Assembly (NCBI GenBank): GCA_007375735.1
Contig: VMEW01000001.1
Span: forward strand, 11,831-75,830
Direction of reading: 5' to 3'
DNA: 64,000 nucleotides
From: Candidatus Peregrinibacteria bacterium Greene0416_19
Lineage (GTDB): Bacteria; Patescibacteriota; Gracilibacteria; Peribacterales; Peribacteraceae
Shown here: positions 1 through 8,317 of the stretch, one piece after another
How the letters are laid out: the number at the start of each line of letters is the position of its first letter
Numbering within the stretch: the stretch's first letter is position 1
Notes under the pieces: generated by a model
What the model saw: the letters and a program-made list of their open reading frames with translations, nothing else
Told to the model about the DNA's origin: nothing
The model's database searches: none
Program-made: the position numbers and the translations under genes

Positions 1-50
1 AGCGGGAATCCCAGAGCAAGAAGTGGAATACTGACCATTGCATCCACTTA

Positions 51-335
51 TCACTGAAAATTCACCACGATTAAAAACAACAGGAACACCACCAGCGGTG
101 CGGCGATCATAGTTGCCAGGAACCGCGAATGCGACCGCCCTGCGGCCAGACTCAGGTACACGCTGAACCCGCCGAACATCATCGCCACGAGCATGAAGGG
201 GAGGCGGGCGGCCTGCAGCCACCAGGCGCTCCACGGGAGGAGGATGTCGTTGCGCATCAGCACGTACGACAGGAAGAACGTCGCGCCGATGACGTAGAAG
301 AGGATCCCGGAGAGCTGGTGGAGGAACCGCGGCAC
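51..335 (-). CDS. small integral membrane protein (hypothetical)
   Basis: 94-aa ORF with three hydrophobic helices. The GTG start lies 6 nt downstream of a TACCAT box (complement of 342-347). No family recognised. Confidence 0.5.
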   Translation of the reverse strand: MPRFLHQLSGILFYVIGATFFLSYVLMRNDILLPWSAWWLQAARLPFMLVAMMFGGFSVYLSLAAGRSHSRFLATMIAAPLVVFLLFLIVVNFQ

Positions 336-434
336 CGCCGTATGGTATCACCAGCCTTCGCCGCGTGGCTACGGCCGGCAAGAACAGATAGTACTCATTT
401 TTCCAGATTGTATTGCTGCCAATGCCAGTGAGAT

Positions 435-590
435 CTACAGGTTCTTCTTTTTCTTCCGGTGCTGCACGGTCAGGATCTTGCGTCCTGTGCGGCGCCTGCG
501 GGCCAGCACCTTGCGGCCATCCGATGTCTTGCTGCGCTTGAGGAAGCCGTGCTTGCGGAGCCGCCGGCGCCATTTCAACTTGTTCAACAT
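435..590 (-). CDS. rpmH: 50S ribosomal protein L34
   Basis: Not in the ORF track (51 aa). Hand translation of the minus strand gives [51 protein letters not shown]. The core [21 protein letters not shown] is the L34 signature. ATG at 590, TAG at 437-435. Confidence 0.9.
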   Translation of the reverse strand: MLNKLKWRRRLRKHGFLKRSKTSDGRKVLARRRRTGRKILTVQHRKKKKNL

Positions 591-610
591 CCGGCATAGA
601 GTACATCCAA

Positions 611-642
611 ATTCTCAATTTTCAATTCTCAATTTTCAATTA
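611..642. repeat. tandem ATTCTCAATTTTCA words in the divergent rpmH/M16 promoter region
   Basis: ATTCTCAATTTTCA occurs at 611-624 and again at 625-638, followed by a partial third unit. Related ATTCTC(A/C)ATT words occur at 4779-4807, 10835-10893 and 31745-31755. Confidence 0.8.
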
Positions 643-653
643 CACTCTGTCCC

Positions 654-1913
654 ATGTTCACCGTGCAGAAGCTCAAAAGCGGCCTCCGCGTCCTCACCGC
701 CCCCATCGACGGCACCGAATCCGTCACCGTCCTCATCTTTGCAGGGGCAGGTTCACGCTATGAGGAGCGGAAGGAGCGGGGGATCAGCCACTTCCTGGAA
801 CACATGTTCTTCAAGGGCGGCAAGAAGTACCGCAATACCAAGGAGGTGAGCGCGGCGATCGACGGGGTGGGCGGCGAGTTCAACGCGTTCACCGGCAAGG
901 AGTACGCGGGTTACTACGTGAAGATCGCCGCAACGGAGACGGAGCTCGCGTGCGACGTGCTCTCCGACATGCTCCTCCACGCATCGTTCCCGCCGCAGGA
1001 GATCGAGAAGGAGCGCGGCGTCATCATGGAGGAGGAGCGCATGTACCAGGACACGCCCATGTACCGGGCCGGGTGGGACTTCGAAGAGCTCATCTTCGGC
1101 GATCACCCGCTGGGGTGGGACACCATCGGCACCGAGGAACTCATCCGCGGCGTCACGCAGGCGGACTTCCAGAAACACAAGGACGAGTTCTACACGCCGG
1201 ATAACCTGGTCGTCACGTTCGCCGGCCGGATCGACGAGACCCGGGCACTCGCGCTCTCAGAGCAGTACTTCTCTGTCATAAAGGGGAAGAACACACGCCG
1301 GTTCCCCCCATTCGAAGGCTTCGCGAAGGAGAAAGTGTTCCTGCGGACGAAGAGCACCGAACAGGCGCACCTGGTGCTCGGTGTCCCAGGCGTCCACTCG
1401 CTCCATGCGGACCACTTCGTCCAGAAAGTCCTCTCCGTCATCCTCGGCGGCAACATGAGTTCGCGGATGTTCCTGAACATCCGCGAGGCGCAGGGGCTCT
1501 GCTACTACATCGCGACCGACGTCGACAATTACCTGGATGCCGGCGCCCTCTCCACGCGCGCGGGGGTCGACCAGTCCCGCCTCCACGAGGCAGTGCGCCG
1601 CATCCGGGAGGAGTACCTCCTCTGCGCCCGGGACAGCGTCACCGATGAGGAGGTCGACCGTGCGAAGGCCTTCTTGAAGGGGAAGATCACGCTTTCGCTC
1701 GAGGACAGCGAGGAGCGGGCGCACTTCTACGGCAAGCAGGAGCTGCTCTACCCCAAGACGCGGGACACCGACGAGTACTTCATGGAGATCGACAAGGTGT
1801 CGGTCGAGCAGGTGCATGCGCTCGCGAAGCGTCTGCTCCTTCCGGAGGAGATGCGGCTCGTCGTGATCGGGAAGGAAGAGAGGAAAGACGCTCTCGAGCA
1901 GCTGATGACGTGA
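654..1913 (+). CDS. M16 (pitrilysin/insulinase) family zinc peptidase
   Basis: 419 aa. Inverted zinc motif HxxEH (HFLEH) near the N-terminus, followed by EERMYQD-type downstream Glu region. Two-domain M16 length. Confidence 0.9.
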   Translation: MFTVQKLKSGLRVLTAPIDGTESVTVLIFAGAGSRYEERKERGISHFLEHMFFKGGKKYRNTKEVSAAIDGVGGEFNAFTGKEYAGYYVKIAATETELACDVLSDMLLHASFPPQEIEKERGVIMEEERMYQDTPMYRAGWDFEELIFGDHPLGWDTIGTEELIRGVTQADFQKHKDEFYTPDNLVVTFAGRIDETRALALSEQYFSVIKGKNTRRFPPFEGFAKEKVFLRTKSTEQAHLVLGVPGVHSLHADHFVQKVLSVILGGNMSSRMFLNIREAQGLCYYIATDVDNYLDAGALSTRAGVDQSRLHEAVRRIREEYLLCARDSVTDEEVDRAKAFLKGKITLSLEDSEERAHFYGKQELLYPKTRDTDEYFMEIDKVSVEQVHALAKRLLLPEEMRLVVIGKEERKDALEQLMT

Positions 1914-2914
1914 TGCCGTCCGCAGGTAAACCTATGACCATGCTCCACAGACTCAGACCGTGGCTCCCCACACTGTTCGGGCTGCTGCTGTTCTGTGTTG
2001 CGCTCTGGGTGCTTGGCCGTGAGCTTCGACACCACCCGCCAGAGGCGATCGTCGCCACCATGCAATCCATCCCGCGCCTGCGATTGCTCCTGTCGCTCAT
2101 GTTCGGCATTCTCTGCTACCTCCTCCTGACCGCGTACGATGAGATTGCGCTTCGGATGCTCGGCCGGAAGGTGCGGTACCGGAGCATCGCGTTCGCGTCG
2201 TTCGTGAGCTACGCGTTCGGCAATAATCTCGGGATGTCCGCCGTCACCGCAGGATCAGTACGGTTCCGCTTCTACAGCCATACAGGGCTCTCCATGAAGG
2301 ACGTTGTTGCAGTGACCGCCTGCTGCAGCCTCACCTTCTGGCTCGGTTTCCTGGCGCTGACCGGCCTCGTGTTCCTCGTCATGCCACCATCGATGTCTCC
2401 GTTCATCGCGGCACTGCCGTTCCATGCTGCGCAGGCGCTTGGCGCCGTGTTCCTGGGTGTCCTCCTGCTCTATTTCCTCTGGAACGGATTCTCGCGGACC
2501 CCGGTCAAAGTCGGACGCTTCCGCATACCGTCGCCGCCGCTCCGGCTCTCCCTCGCCCAGACGATCGTGGCCGCGCTGGAGATGATGCTCGTGGCTGGCA
2601 TGATCTACGTGCTCCTGCCCCCGGGCACCGGACTCGGGTATCTCCAGTTCCTCGGCCTGTTCCTCCTGGCGCACCTGCTCGGGCTCGCGAGCCAGGTGCC
2701 GGGCGGCATCGGCGTCTTCGAAACGGCGCTCATCGAGCTCCTTCCAGTGTCCGTTCCGGTCCCAGCGAGCATCGGCGCTCTCCTCGTCTACCGCATCATG
2801 TACAATCTCATCCCCCTCGCCCTTGCGGCGACGCTGGTGGCGCTGCGGGAAGTGCATGACCATCGAGCAGCACGGAGACACGCTCGGGACTGTGGCATGC
2901 GTAATATTGAATAG
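1913..2914 (+). CDS. MprF-like (lysylphosphatidylglycerol synthase TM region / UPF0104) membrane protein
   Basis: Polytopic membrane ORF. The N-terminal segment LRHHPPEAI...LLTAYDEIALRMLGRKVRY...FGNNLG is typical of the flippase-like LPG_synthase_TM family. Its ATG overlaps the M16 TGA by 1 nt (TGATG). Confidence 0.7.
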   Translation: MPSAGKPMTMLHRLRPWLPTLFGLLLFCVALWVLGRELRHHPPEAIVATMQSIPRLRLLLSLMFGILCYLLLTAYDEIALRMLGRKVRYRSIAFASFVSYAFGNNLGMSAVTAGSVRFRFYSHTGLSMKDVVAVTACCSLTFWLGFLALTGLVFLVMPPSMSPFIAALPFHAAQALGAVFLGVLLLYFLWNGFSRTPVKVGRFRIPSPPLRLSLAQTIVAALEMMLVAGMIYVLLPPGTGLGYLQFLGLFLLAHLLGLASQVPGGIGVFETALIELLPVSVPVPASIGALLVYRIMYNLIPLALAATLVALREVHDHRAARRHARDCGMRNIE

Positions 2915-2951
2915 CTAGCGTGAGCCCAAATCGTTGCTCTATACTGCTGCC

Positions 2952-3371
2952 GTGCAACAGACTCTCATCCTCCTCAAGCCCGACGCCCTCACGAAGCGTT
3001 TCTGCGGCAAAGTCATCACGCGGTTCGAAGATGCCGGTTTCAGTATTCGCGGTTGCAAGATGATCCGGCTGACGCCGCCGATTCTGCGCGAGCACTACGC
3101 GCACATCGCCGACAAGCCCTTCTACCCCGAAGTAGAGAAGTTCATGGGCTCGGCCCCGGTCATCGCGCTCGTGCTCGAAGGCGACGATGTGGTGGCGAAG
3201 GTGCGCGACATGCTCGGCGTCACCGACAGCCGCAGAGCCGCCCCCGGCACCCTCCGCGCGGAGCTTGGCGTGGACCAGATGGTGAACGTGGCGCATGCGT
3301 CGGATTCCCCGGAAACCGCCGGAAAAGAACTAGCGAGGTTCTTCCGACCTGAGGAACTGTGTATCTACTGA
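2952..3371 (+). CDS. ndk: nucleoside diphosphate kinase
   Basis: TLILLKPDA start motif and catalytic-His motif NVAHASDS. I prefer GTG 2952 (6 nt after TATACT 2940-2945) over the track start TTG 2934. Confidence 0.9.
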   Translation: MQQTLILLKPDALTKRFCGKVITRFEDAGFSIRGCKMIRLTPPILREHYAHIADKPFYPEVEKFMGSAPVIALVLEGDDVVAKVRDMLGVTDSRRAAPGTLRAELGVDQMVNVAHASDSPETAGKELARFFRPEELCIY

Positions 3372-3394
3372 GGATGCCGAGGATACCGAAGAGT

Positions 3395-3454
3395 CCGAAG
3401 AATCCGACGATGGCAACCTGTCCTCGAACTCGTCGGTATCGTCGGATTCTTCGG
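3395..3454. terminator. bidirectional hairpin between convergent ndk and S41 protease
   Basis: Perfect 17-bp stem: CCGAAGAATCCGACGAT (3395-3411) pairs with ATCGTCGGATTCTTCGG (3438-3454). It fills the 88-nt gap between two convergent stop codons. Confidence 0.6.
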
Positions 3455-3459
3455 AATCC

Positions 3460-4809
3460 TCAATTTGACGAAGCCGACGATGACGCCTTCTGCGTCACAT
3501 CCTCATGATCCAGCAGCCACTCTAGCGCAGCATCCAGCTGCGGATCGCGCTTGGCCTTCGCGTCCTCCACCGTCCGGTCCATCTTGATATCCGGCTGCAC
3601 CTTCTCCTTCCCTAAATTCTTTCCTTTGGGGGTCAGCCAGTGGGCGATGGTGACGCGCAGACTGCTGCCGCCGGGCAAATCGATGATTTCCTGCACCGTC
3701 CCCTTGCCGAAGGTTGGCATGCCGACCAACATTGCTCTCTTGTGGTCCTGCAGGGCACCGGCGGTGATCTCCGACGCCGACGCCGATCCTTCGTTGATAA
3801 GGACGACCAGAGGCAGCGTCGGCTCGATGACCCGCCCGTTCACGTCGTGATGTATCGAATCGGCGTCACGGCGTTCCACGGATACCACCCGTCCCTCCTT
3901 CAGGAACATCGACACGAGCTGGGTCGCACCCTCCAGGTAGCCCCCTCCGTTGAAGCGCAGGTCGAGGATGAGAGCTTTGATGGGCGGCTTTTCCTTCTTG
4001 AAAGTCTGCAGAGCCTCCCGCACTTCGTTGATGCTGTTCTCGCCGAACTGATTCAGGATGATCACGCCCACGGCCCCGCTCTGGGTTTGCTTGACCGATG
4101 ATTCCACGCTCGGGATGCGGATTTCGTCGCGGACGATCACGAGCGTACGTTCTCTTCCTTCGTTCTTGCGGAAGACGTTGAGCACCACCTTCGTTCCCTT
4201 GGGACCGCGGATCAGGTCCACGACCTGCGTGAGCGTGAGCCCCTGCACCGTGGTGCCGTCCACTTCCAGAATGATATCATCGGGGGCCAGGCCCGCCTTC
4301 TCGGCCGGCGATCCCTTGAGCGGCGATACCACGATGATCAGGCCGTCGCGTTCCACCAGCTCCGCGCCGATGCCTTGGAGTTTGCCGTTCAATGACTGGC
4401 GGAAATTCGTGTTTTCCTTGGGTGTCATGAACACGGTGTACGGATCGCCAATCGAGCGCACCAGCCCCTCCACCGCGCCGTACACCATCTTGCCGGTCTG
4501 CAGCTTGTCCGGCTCGATGTGGAAGCGCAGGAGCAGCCGCCACACGCTCCAGAGGAGCGCGAGGTCCACCTCCCGTTCCGGATCGGACATCACCTGTCCG
4601 CTCCCGGTCGCCGGGGAGAAGATCCGGTCGATCGCCCCCATCTTGTCTTCCAGCACTTTCACCTGGTACCGCATGCCCAAATGCCAGCCGAGCAGCAGCG
4701 CGAGCAGAATCAGCAGCCAGTAGCGATAATCTCTATACATACCCGCATGGAGCATGACGAATGGCGAACGAAAGAAACTCTCCATTCCCATTCTCCATTC
4801 GCAATTCAC
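3460..4809 (-). CDS. S41 family C-terminal processing peptidase with PDZ domain
   Basis: 449 aa. N-terminal TM helix, PDZ-like segment (GLAPDDIILEVDG) and S41 core with TFGKGTVQ. GTG start at 4809. Confidence 0.9.
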   Translation of the reverse strand: MNCEWRMGMESFFRSPFVMLHAGMYRDYRYWLLILLALLLGWHLGMRYQVKVLEDKMGAIDRIFSPATGSGQVMSDPEREVDLALLWSVWRLLLRFHIEPDKLQTGKMVYGAVEGLVRSIGDPYTVFMTPKENTNFRQSLNGKLQGIGAELVERDGLIIVVSPLKGSPAEKAGLAPDDIILEVDGTTVQGLTLTQVVDLIRGPKGTKVVLNVFRKNEGRERTLVIVRDEIRIPSVESSVKQTQSGAVGVIILNQFGENSINEVREALQTFKKEKPPIKALILDLRFNGGGYLEGATQLVSMFLKEGRVVSVERRDADSIHHDVNGRVIEPTLPLVVLINEGSASASEITAGALQDHKRAMLVGMPTFGKGTVQEIIDLPGGSSLRVTIAHWLTPKGKNLGKEKVQPDIKMDRTVEDAKAKRDPQLDAALEWLLDHEDVTQKASSSASSN

Positions 4810-4813
4810 CGAT

Positions 4814-4820
4814 TAGGATA
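4814..4820. promoter_or_regulatory. overlapping -10 boxes for two divergent, apparently leaderless genes
   Basis: TAGGAT (4814-4819, + strand) lies 6 nt before ATG 4826. TATCCT (complement of 4815-4820) lies 5 nt before GTG 4809. Only 16 nt separate the two start codons. Confidence 0.55.
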
Positions 4821-4825
4821 GGCCT

Positions 4826-5410
4826 ATGGTAAAGGCCAGATCGAGAATGCACAAACAGGCTTCAAAGCACTCGATCCGCATCACGAGCGCCATGCCGGTC
4901 GGTGACATCGTCGCGCTGCTGCCGGACGCACAGGGGTTGCTTGCGGAGTACGGCCTGCACTGCGCCGGTTGCTCGGTGGGCATGGTGGAGTCGCTCGAGG
5001 ATGGCTGTTCCATGCATGGGATCGACGACGCGGAGATCACGGAGCTGGTCGATGACCTGAACACGCTGCTGGACCGCATGCCGCAGCGGCCGCAGTCTCT
5101 GACGCTCACGTCCGCCGCCGCCCGCGCCATCCGCAAGGTGGCTGAGAAGGAGGGCAGAACAGGACAAGGCCTCGTCGTCGTGGTGGACAGTCATGGGGGC
5201 TTCTGCATGGAATTCCGCCAGGATGGCGATGGAAATGAGCGGACATTCACGAACGAGGAAGAGCCGGATGTTCACATCTTCGCATCAACGCTGACCCTGC
5301 AGCGGATCGGCGGATCGACCATCGATTTCCGCGAGGGGAGGTTTAAGCTGGATTTGGCGGAGGATGCGGGCTCTGGATGCGCATGTGGAGGTAGTTGCAA
5401 TTGTAAGTAA
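4826..5410 (+). CDS. DUF1858 (hybrid-cluster-associated redox disulfide domain) fused to a HesB/IscA-like Fe-S assembly domain
   Basis: N-terminal YGLHCAGCSVG...HGIDD motif is DUF1858-like. The C-terminal half resembles IscA/HesB and ends in a Cys-rich tail, GSGCACGGSCNCK. Confidence 0.7.
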   Translation: MVKARSRMHKQASKHSIRITSAMPVGDIVALLPDAQGLLAEYGLHCAGCSVGMVESLEDGCSMHGIDDAEITELVDDLNTLLDRMPQRPQSLTLTSAAARAIRKVAEKEGRTGQGLVVVVDSHGGFCMEFRQDGDGNERTFTNEEEPDVHIFASTLTLQRIGGSTIDFREGRFKLDLAEDAGSGCACGGSCNCK

Positions 5411-5421
5411 TAAAGAAGCAG

Positions 5422-5509
5422 GAGAGCGCCCTTCCATGGGCGCGGTCATCGATCAATGTTTCGTGGGGCCTTGTTTAACTTGCCACCCGCGCCCATGGAG
5501 GGCGCTCTC
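5422..5509. repeat. REPIN-like doublet of inverted REP hairpins
   Basis: GAGAGCGCCCTTCCATGGGCGCGG (5422-5445) and CCGCGCCCATGGAGGGCGCTCTC (5487-5509) are near-perfect reverse complements. Each unit is itself a GCGCCC/GGGCGC hairpin. A third copy is at 8318-8341. Confidence 0.8.
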
Positions 5510-5552
5510 GTTGATGATGGTTTTCGTTTTCAGTTCTTCTATACTGATTTTC

Positions 5553-6128
5553 ATGATCCGCCTCCCCGCCGCCCTGGAGCGTCTGCTCGCCGAACTCTTC
5601 CCGCGGATGCGCGAGCGCGATGAGTTTGTGATTCGGGCGATCGAGGAGGCGCTGGGGGAAGACGCACCGGAAGAAACCGAGCCGAAGGCGGTCGGCGGTA
5701 CTCTGCACCTCTTCACCGACGGCGGGTCGCGGGGGAACCCCGGGCAGGCGGCGATTGCTGCCATTCTGGAGGATCCGACACGCGGTGAGACGCTGAAACA
5801 ATATGCCGGACGCATCGGCATCGAGACCAATAACATCGCAGAGTACAGGGCGCTGATCGAAGGGTTGAAGATGGCCCGGCAGTTTCACCCGAACCGGCTC
5901 ATCTGTCACCTGGATGCGGAACTGGTGGTGAAGCAGCTCAACGGCGAGTACCGCGTGAAGATGCTCACGTTCGAGCCGCTGGTGCAGGAGATCCGCGACC
6001 TCTCCATGGACTTTCCCGACATCGTCTTCAAGCACATCCCGCGGGGCGACAACTACCGAGCCGACGCGTTGGTGAACAAGGTCTTGGACGAGCACCCGTC
6101 GCCGAGCTACAAACCGCCGCGCCATTGA
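5553..6128 (+). CDS. rnhA: ribonuclease H (type 1)
   Basis: FTDGGSRGNPG, NNIAEYRALIEGL and IPRGDNYRADALV motifs. ATG 5553 lies 7 nt after TATACT 5540-5545. The track start 5364 would read through the REP doublet. Confidence 0.85.
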   Translation: MIRLPAALERLLAELFPRMRERDEFVIRAIEEALGEDAPEETEPKAVGGTLHLFTDGGSRGNPGQAAIAAILEDPTRGETLKQYAGRIGIETNNIAEYRALIEGLKMARQFHPNRLICHLDAELVVKQLNGEYRVKMLTFEPLVQEIRDLSMDFPDIVFKHIPRGDNYRADALVNKVLDEHPSPSYKPPRH

Positions 6129-6178
6129 TCGCCGATTGATCGACAAACGAAGACCGGGCTCCGTACAATGGCGCCCGC

Positions 6179-7465
6179 ATGCGCTGCCTCATCGGACTCC
6201 TCGGCGTACTCGGCATCCTCGGTTTCGTCGGGCCGGCGCAGGCCGCACCGGATATCCTCACCTACCGCTACCAGCACCATCTCTTCGCCCTGCGGCCCTC
6301 TGCTCTCCCGGGTTGGCGGTCTCTTAGGGAGGTATGGATGGCGGACGGCCGGGAGATTGTGCCGCCGCCGGCATTTCGGGTGGATGGTGATGCACCGCCG
6401 CCGCTCCCGACTGGCGTCAGTGTCATCCGGAAAAACGGCTGGAACACAGCCGCAATCCGGGAGACGCTGCGGCAGCGTATCGGCGCATTCCTGCACCGCG
6501 ATGCGGGACGGGTGACGGTCCATCGCACCGGCTCCGGTGACATCACCTTCGACGGCGTCGGCCTCACGGGACGCGAGGTCAATCTGGAGCTCCTGGCCGG
6601 GCTGACTGTGTCTGCCTTGGAACAGAACGTTTCGGAAGTCCTTGTTCCAGTGATCGAGACGCAGCCGGAGATCACGGTGACGGATCCGTCCCTCGCCGAG
6701 CTGGGGATCAAGGAAGTCATCACGATCGGCGAATCCGACTACAGCAACTCGCCGCGCAACCGCCTTCACAACATCGCAGTAGGATTGAACAAGTTCAACG
6801 GGCATCTGATCCAGCCCGACGAAGTCTTTTCTTTCGTCAAAGTACTTGGGCCGGTGGACGGATCGACGGGATACCTGAAAGAACTTGTGATCAAGGGCGA
6901 CAGGACGGTCCCCGATTATGGTGGCGGTCTCTGCCAGGTGGGCACTACCGCCTATCGCGGCGTGTGGGAGTACGGTTTCCCCATCGTCCAGCGCCAGAAC
7001 CACAGCTACACGGTGAGTCACTACTTCCCCTACGGAACGGACGCGACGGTGTATCCGCCCTTCATCGACATGAAGTTCAGGAACGATCTGAAAAGCGGGC
7101 TCCTCATCCAGACGTACCAGCAGGGCGATTTCGCGTACTTCATCTACTACGGCACCCGGGACGGACGTTCAACCGAGCTCTACGGCCCCTACACCTGGGA
7201 CAAGACCGAGCCCCCGCCGGATCGTACCGAGGAGACGACCGACCTGCCGCCGGGCGAGCGCAAGAAGCTCAACGAACGCATCCCGGGCCTGAAGGCGATA
7301 TGGCACCGCATCGTCCGCACGTCGACCGGCGCGGAGATCGGGGAGCCGGTCTTCAGCAGCTACGAGGCACGGCCGCTCTTCTATCAGCTGGGGGTGGAGA
7401 GGTTACCGGAGAGTGAGCCGACGGTGGAGGAGGTGAATCAGGCGGAACCGCCGAGGGCGTTCTGA
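6179..7465 (+). CDS. VanW family protein
   Basis: Signal-peptide-like N-terminus (LLGVLGILGFVGPAQA). VanW core: GGGLCQVGTTAYRG...QNHSY.VSHY. Confidence 0.85.
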   Translation: MRCLIGLLGVLGILGFVGPAQAAPDILTYRYQHHLFALRPSALPGWRSLREVWMADGREIVPPPAFRVDGDAPPPLPTGVSVIRKNGWNTAAIRETLRQRIGAFLHRDAGRVTVHRTGSGDITFDGVGLTGREVNLELLAGLTVSALEQNVSEVLVPVIETQPEITVTDPSLAELGIKEVITIGESDYSNSPRNRLHNIAVGLNKFNGHLIQPDEVFSFVKVLGPVDGSTGYLKELVIKGDRTVPDYGGGLCQVGTTAYRGVWEYGFPIVQRQNHSYTVSHYFPYGTDATVYPPFIDMKFRNDLKSGLLIQTYQQGDFAYFIYYGTRDGRSTELYGPYTWDKTEPPPDRTEETTDLPPGERKKLNERIPGLKAIWHRIVRTSTGAEIGEPVFSSYEARPLFYQLGVERLPESEPTVEEVNQAEPPRAF

Positions 7466-7492
7466 GAGTTGTGAGCGTCGCGGCTGTTATAC

Positions 7493-7727
7493 ATGCCCCC
7501 TCCCCCGGCCCCTCCCCCTCGGCCTCGACCCTCTGGGGTCTCGGCCTGGGAGAGGGGAAGGTTAATCTTTCAATGCCGCACGGCGGAGCCGTGCTGCTGA
7601 TTGCAATAATGAACAATTGATCGTAGCAGCACGGCTCCGCCGTGCGGCATTCACCTACGCCTTGCCCTCTCCCAGGCCGTAGGCCCGCAGGCTGAGGCCG
7701 AGGGGGAGGGGTCGGGGGAGGGGGCAT
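7493..7727. repeat. 235-bp nested palindromic element (ATGCCCCC-terminus family)
   Basis: Outer 34-bp arms 7493-7526 / 7694-7727 have 1 mismatch. The middle arms contain CGGCCTGGGAGAGGG. Inner perfect 27-bp arms are 7572-7598 / 7625-7651. Confidence 0.9.
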
Positions 7728-7763
7728 GGAACAAGGCGGGCAAAAACTCGCTACAATCCTCAG

Positions 7764-8216
7764 GTGGACTTCCTCGTCTTCCGTCGCGCGTGGAGCCTGT
7801 CGCCGGTAACTCAGGTCGTGGCAATCGTCATTCTTTATCTGCTCTCCATCGTCGTTGGATATGTCGAGTTGCACACAAAGGGCACGTTTTTCGGATATCC
7901 GCTCTCCATCTCCATCCTCTTCGTGCCCATCTACGAAGAAATCATTTTCCGCGGTTTCATACTCGAAGCGCTGGCGAAGCGGTACTCGCCGGTGGCATCG
8001 GTGCTCCTGTCGTCGTTGCTTTTCGCCCTGTGGCATGCAAAGAATATTTTTTTCGTGCCGGTGAATGACGTGATTATGCAAATGATCTACACCGGCTGCG
8101 TCATCGGACCGATCTTCGGATTCATGGCTATGAAGAAGCGGACCGTCTGGCCAAGTGTGATTCTACATTATCTCAATAACATCGTGAGTCGGGTTCCGGC
8201 GATATTCTTGGTTTGA
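7764..8216 (+). CDS. CPBP (CAAX/Abi) family intramembrane metalloprotease, short form
   Basis: Motifs EEIIFRG (EExxxR), FALWH and HYLNN. GTG start 6 nt after TACAAT 7752-7757. Only 150 aa. Confidence 0.8.
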   Translation: MDFLVFRRAWSLSPVTQVVAIVILYLLSIVVGYVELHTKGTFFGYPLSISILFVPIYEEIIFRGFILEALAKRYSPVASVLLSSLLFALWHAKNIFFVPVNDVIMQMIYTGCVIGPIFGFMAMKKRTVWPSVILHYLNNIVSRVPAIFLV

Positions 8217-8223
8217 TTCCTCT

Positions 8224-8248
8224 TCACATCCTCCCCACCACCCCCGCC
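8224..8248. repeat. 25-bp direct repeat, copy 1 (duplicate of the recO 3' end)
   Basis: TCACATCCTCCCCACCACCCCCGCC is identical to 9230-9254. Confidence 0.9.
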
Positions 8249-8317
8249 CCGCAGATGAGGGGAGAAGGACAGGAATGGTATACACCCCTGCATAGGTGTC
8301 CATCAATCCTTTCGCGA

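Noticed and set aside
5364-5552. Longer RNase H ORF starting at 5364
   Set aside because: The extra 63 codons overlap the upstream gene end and read straight through the REP doublet. The conserved RNase H sequence and a TATACT box support ATG 5553.
6107-7021. 304-aa minus-strand ORF antisense to VanW, and similar long antisense ORFs at 23508..24491, 56764..57735, 57736..58743 and 47203..48189
   Set aside because: All lack motifs and have Arg/Pro/Gly-rich shadow composition. All overlap well-supported genes on the other strand.
7353-8081. 242-aa ORF spanning the 235-bp palindrome, with Pro/Gly-rich segments
   Set aside because: The Pro/Gly-rich part is simply the translation of the C/G-rich repeat arms. 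The rest is antisense to the CPBP gene.
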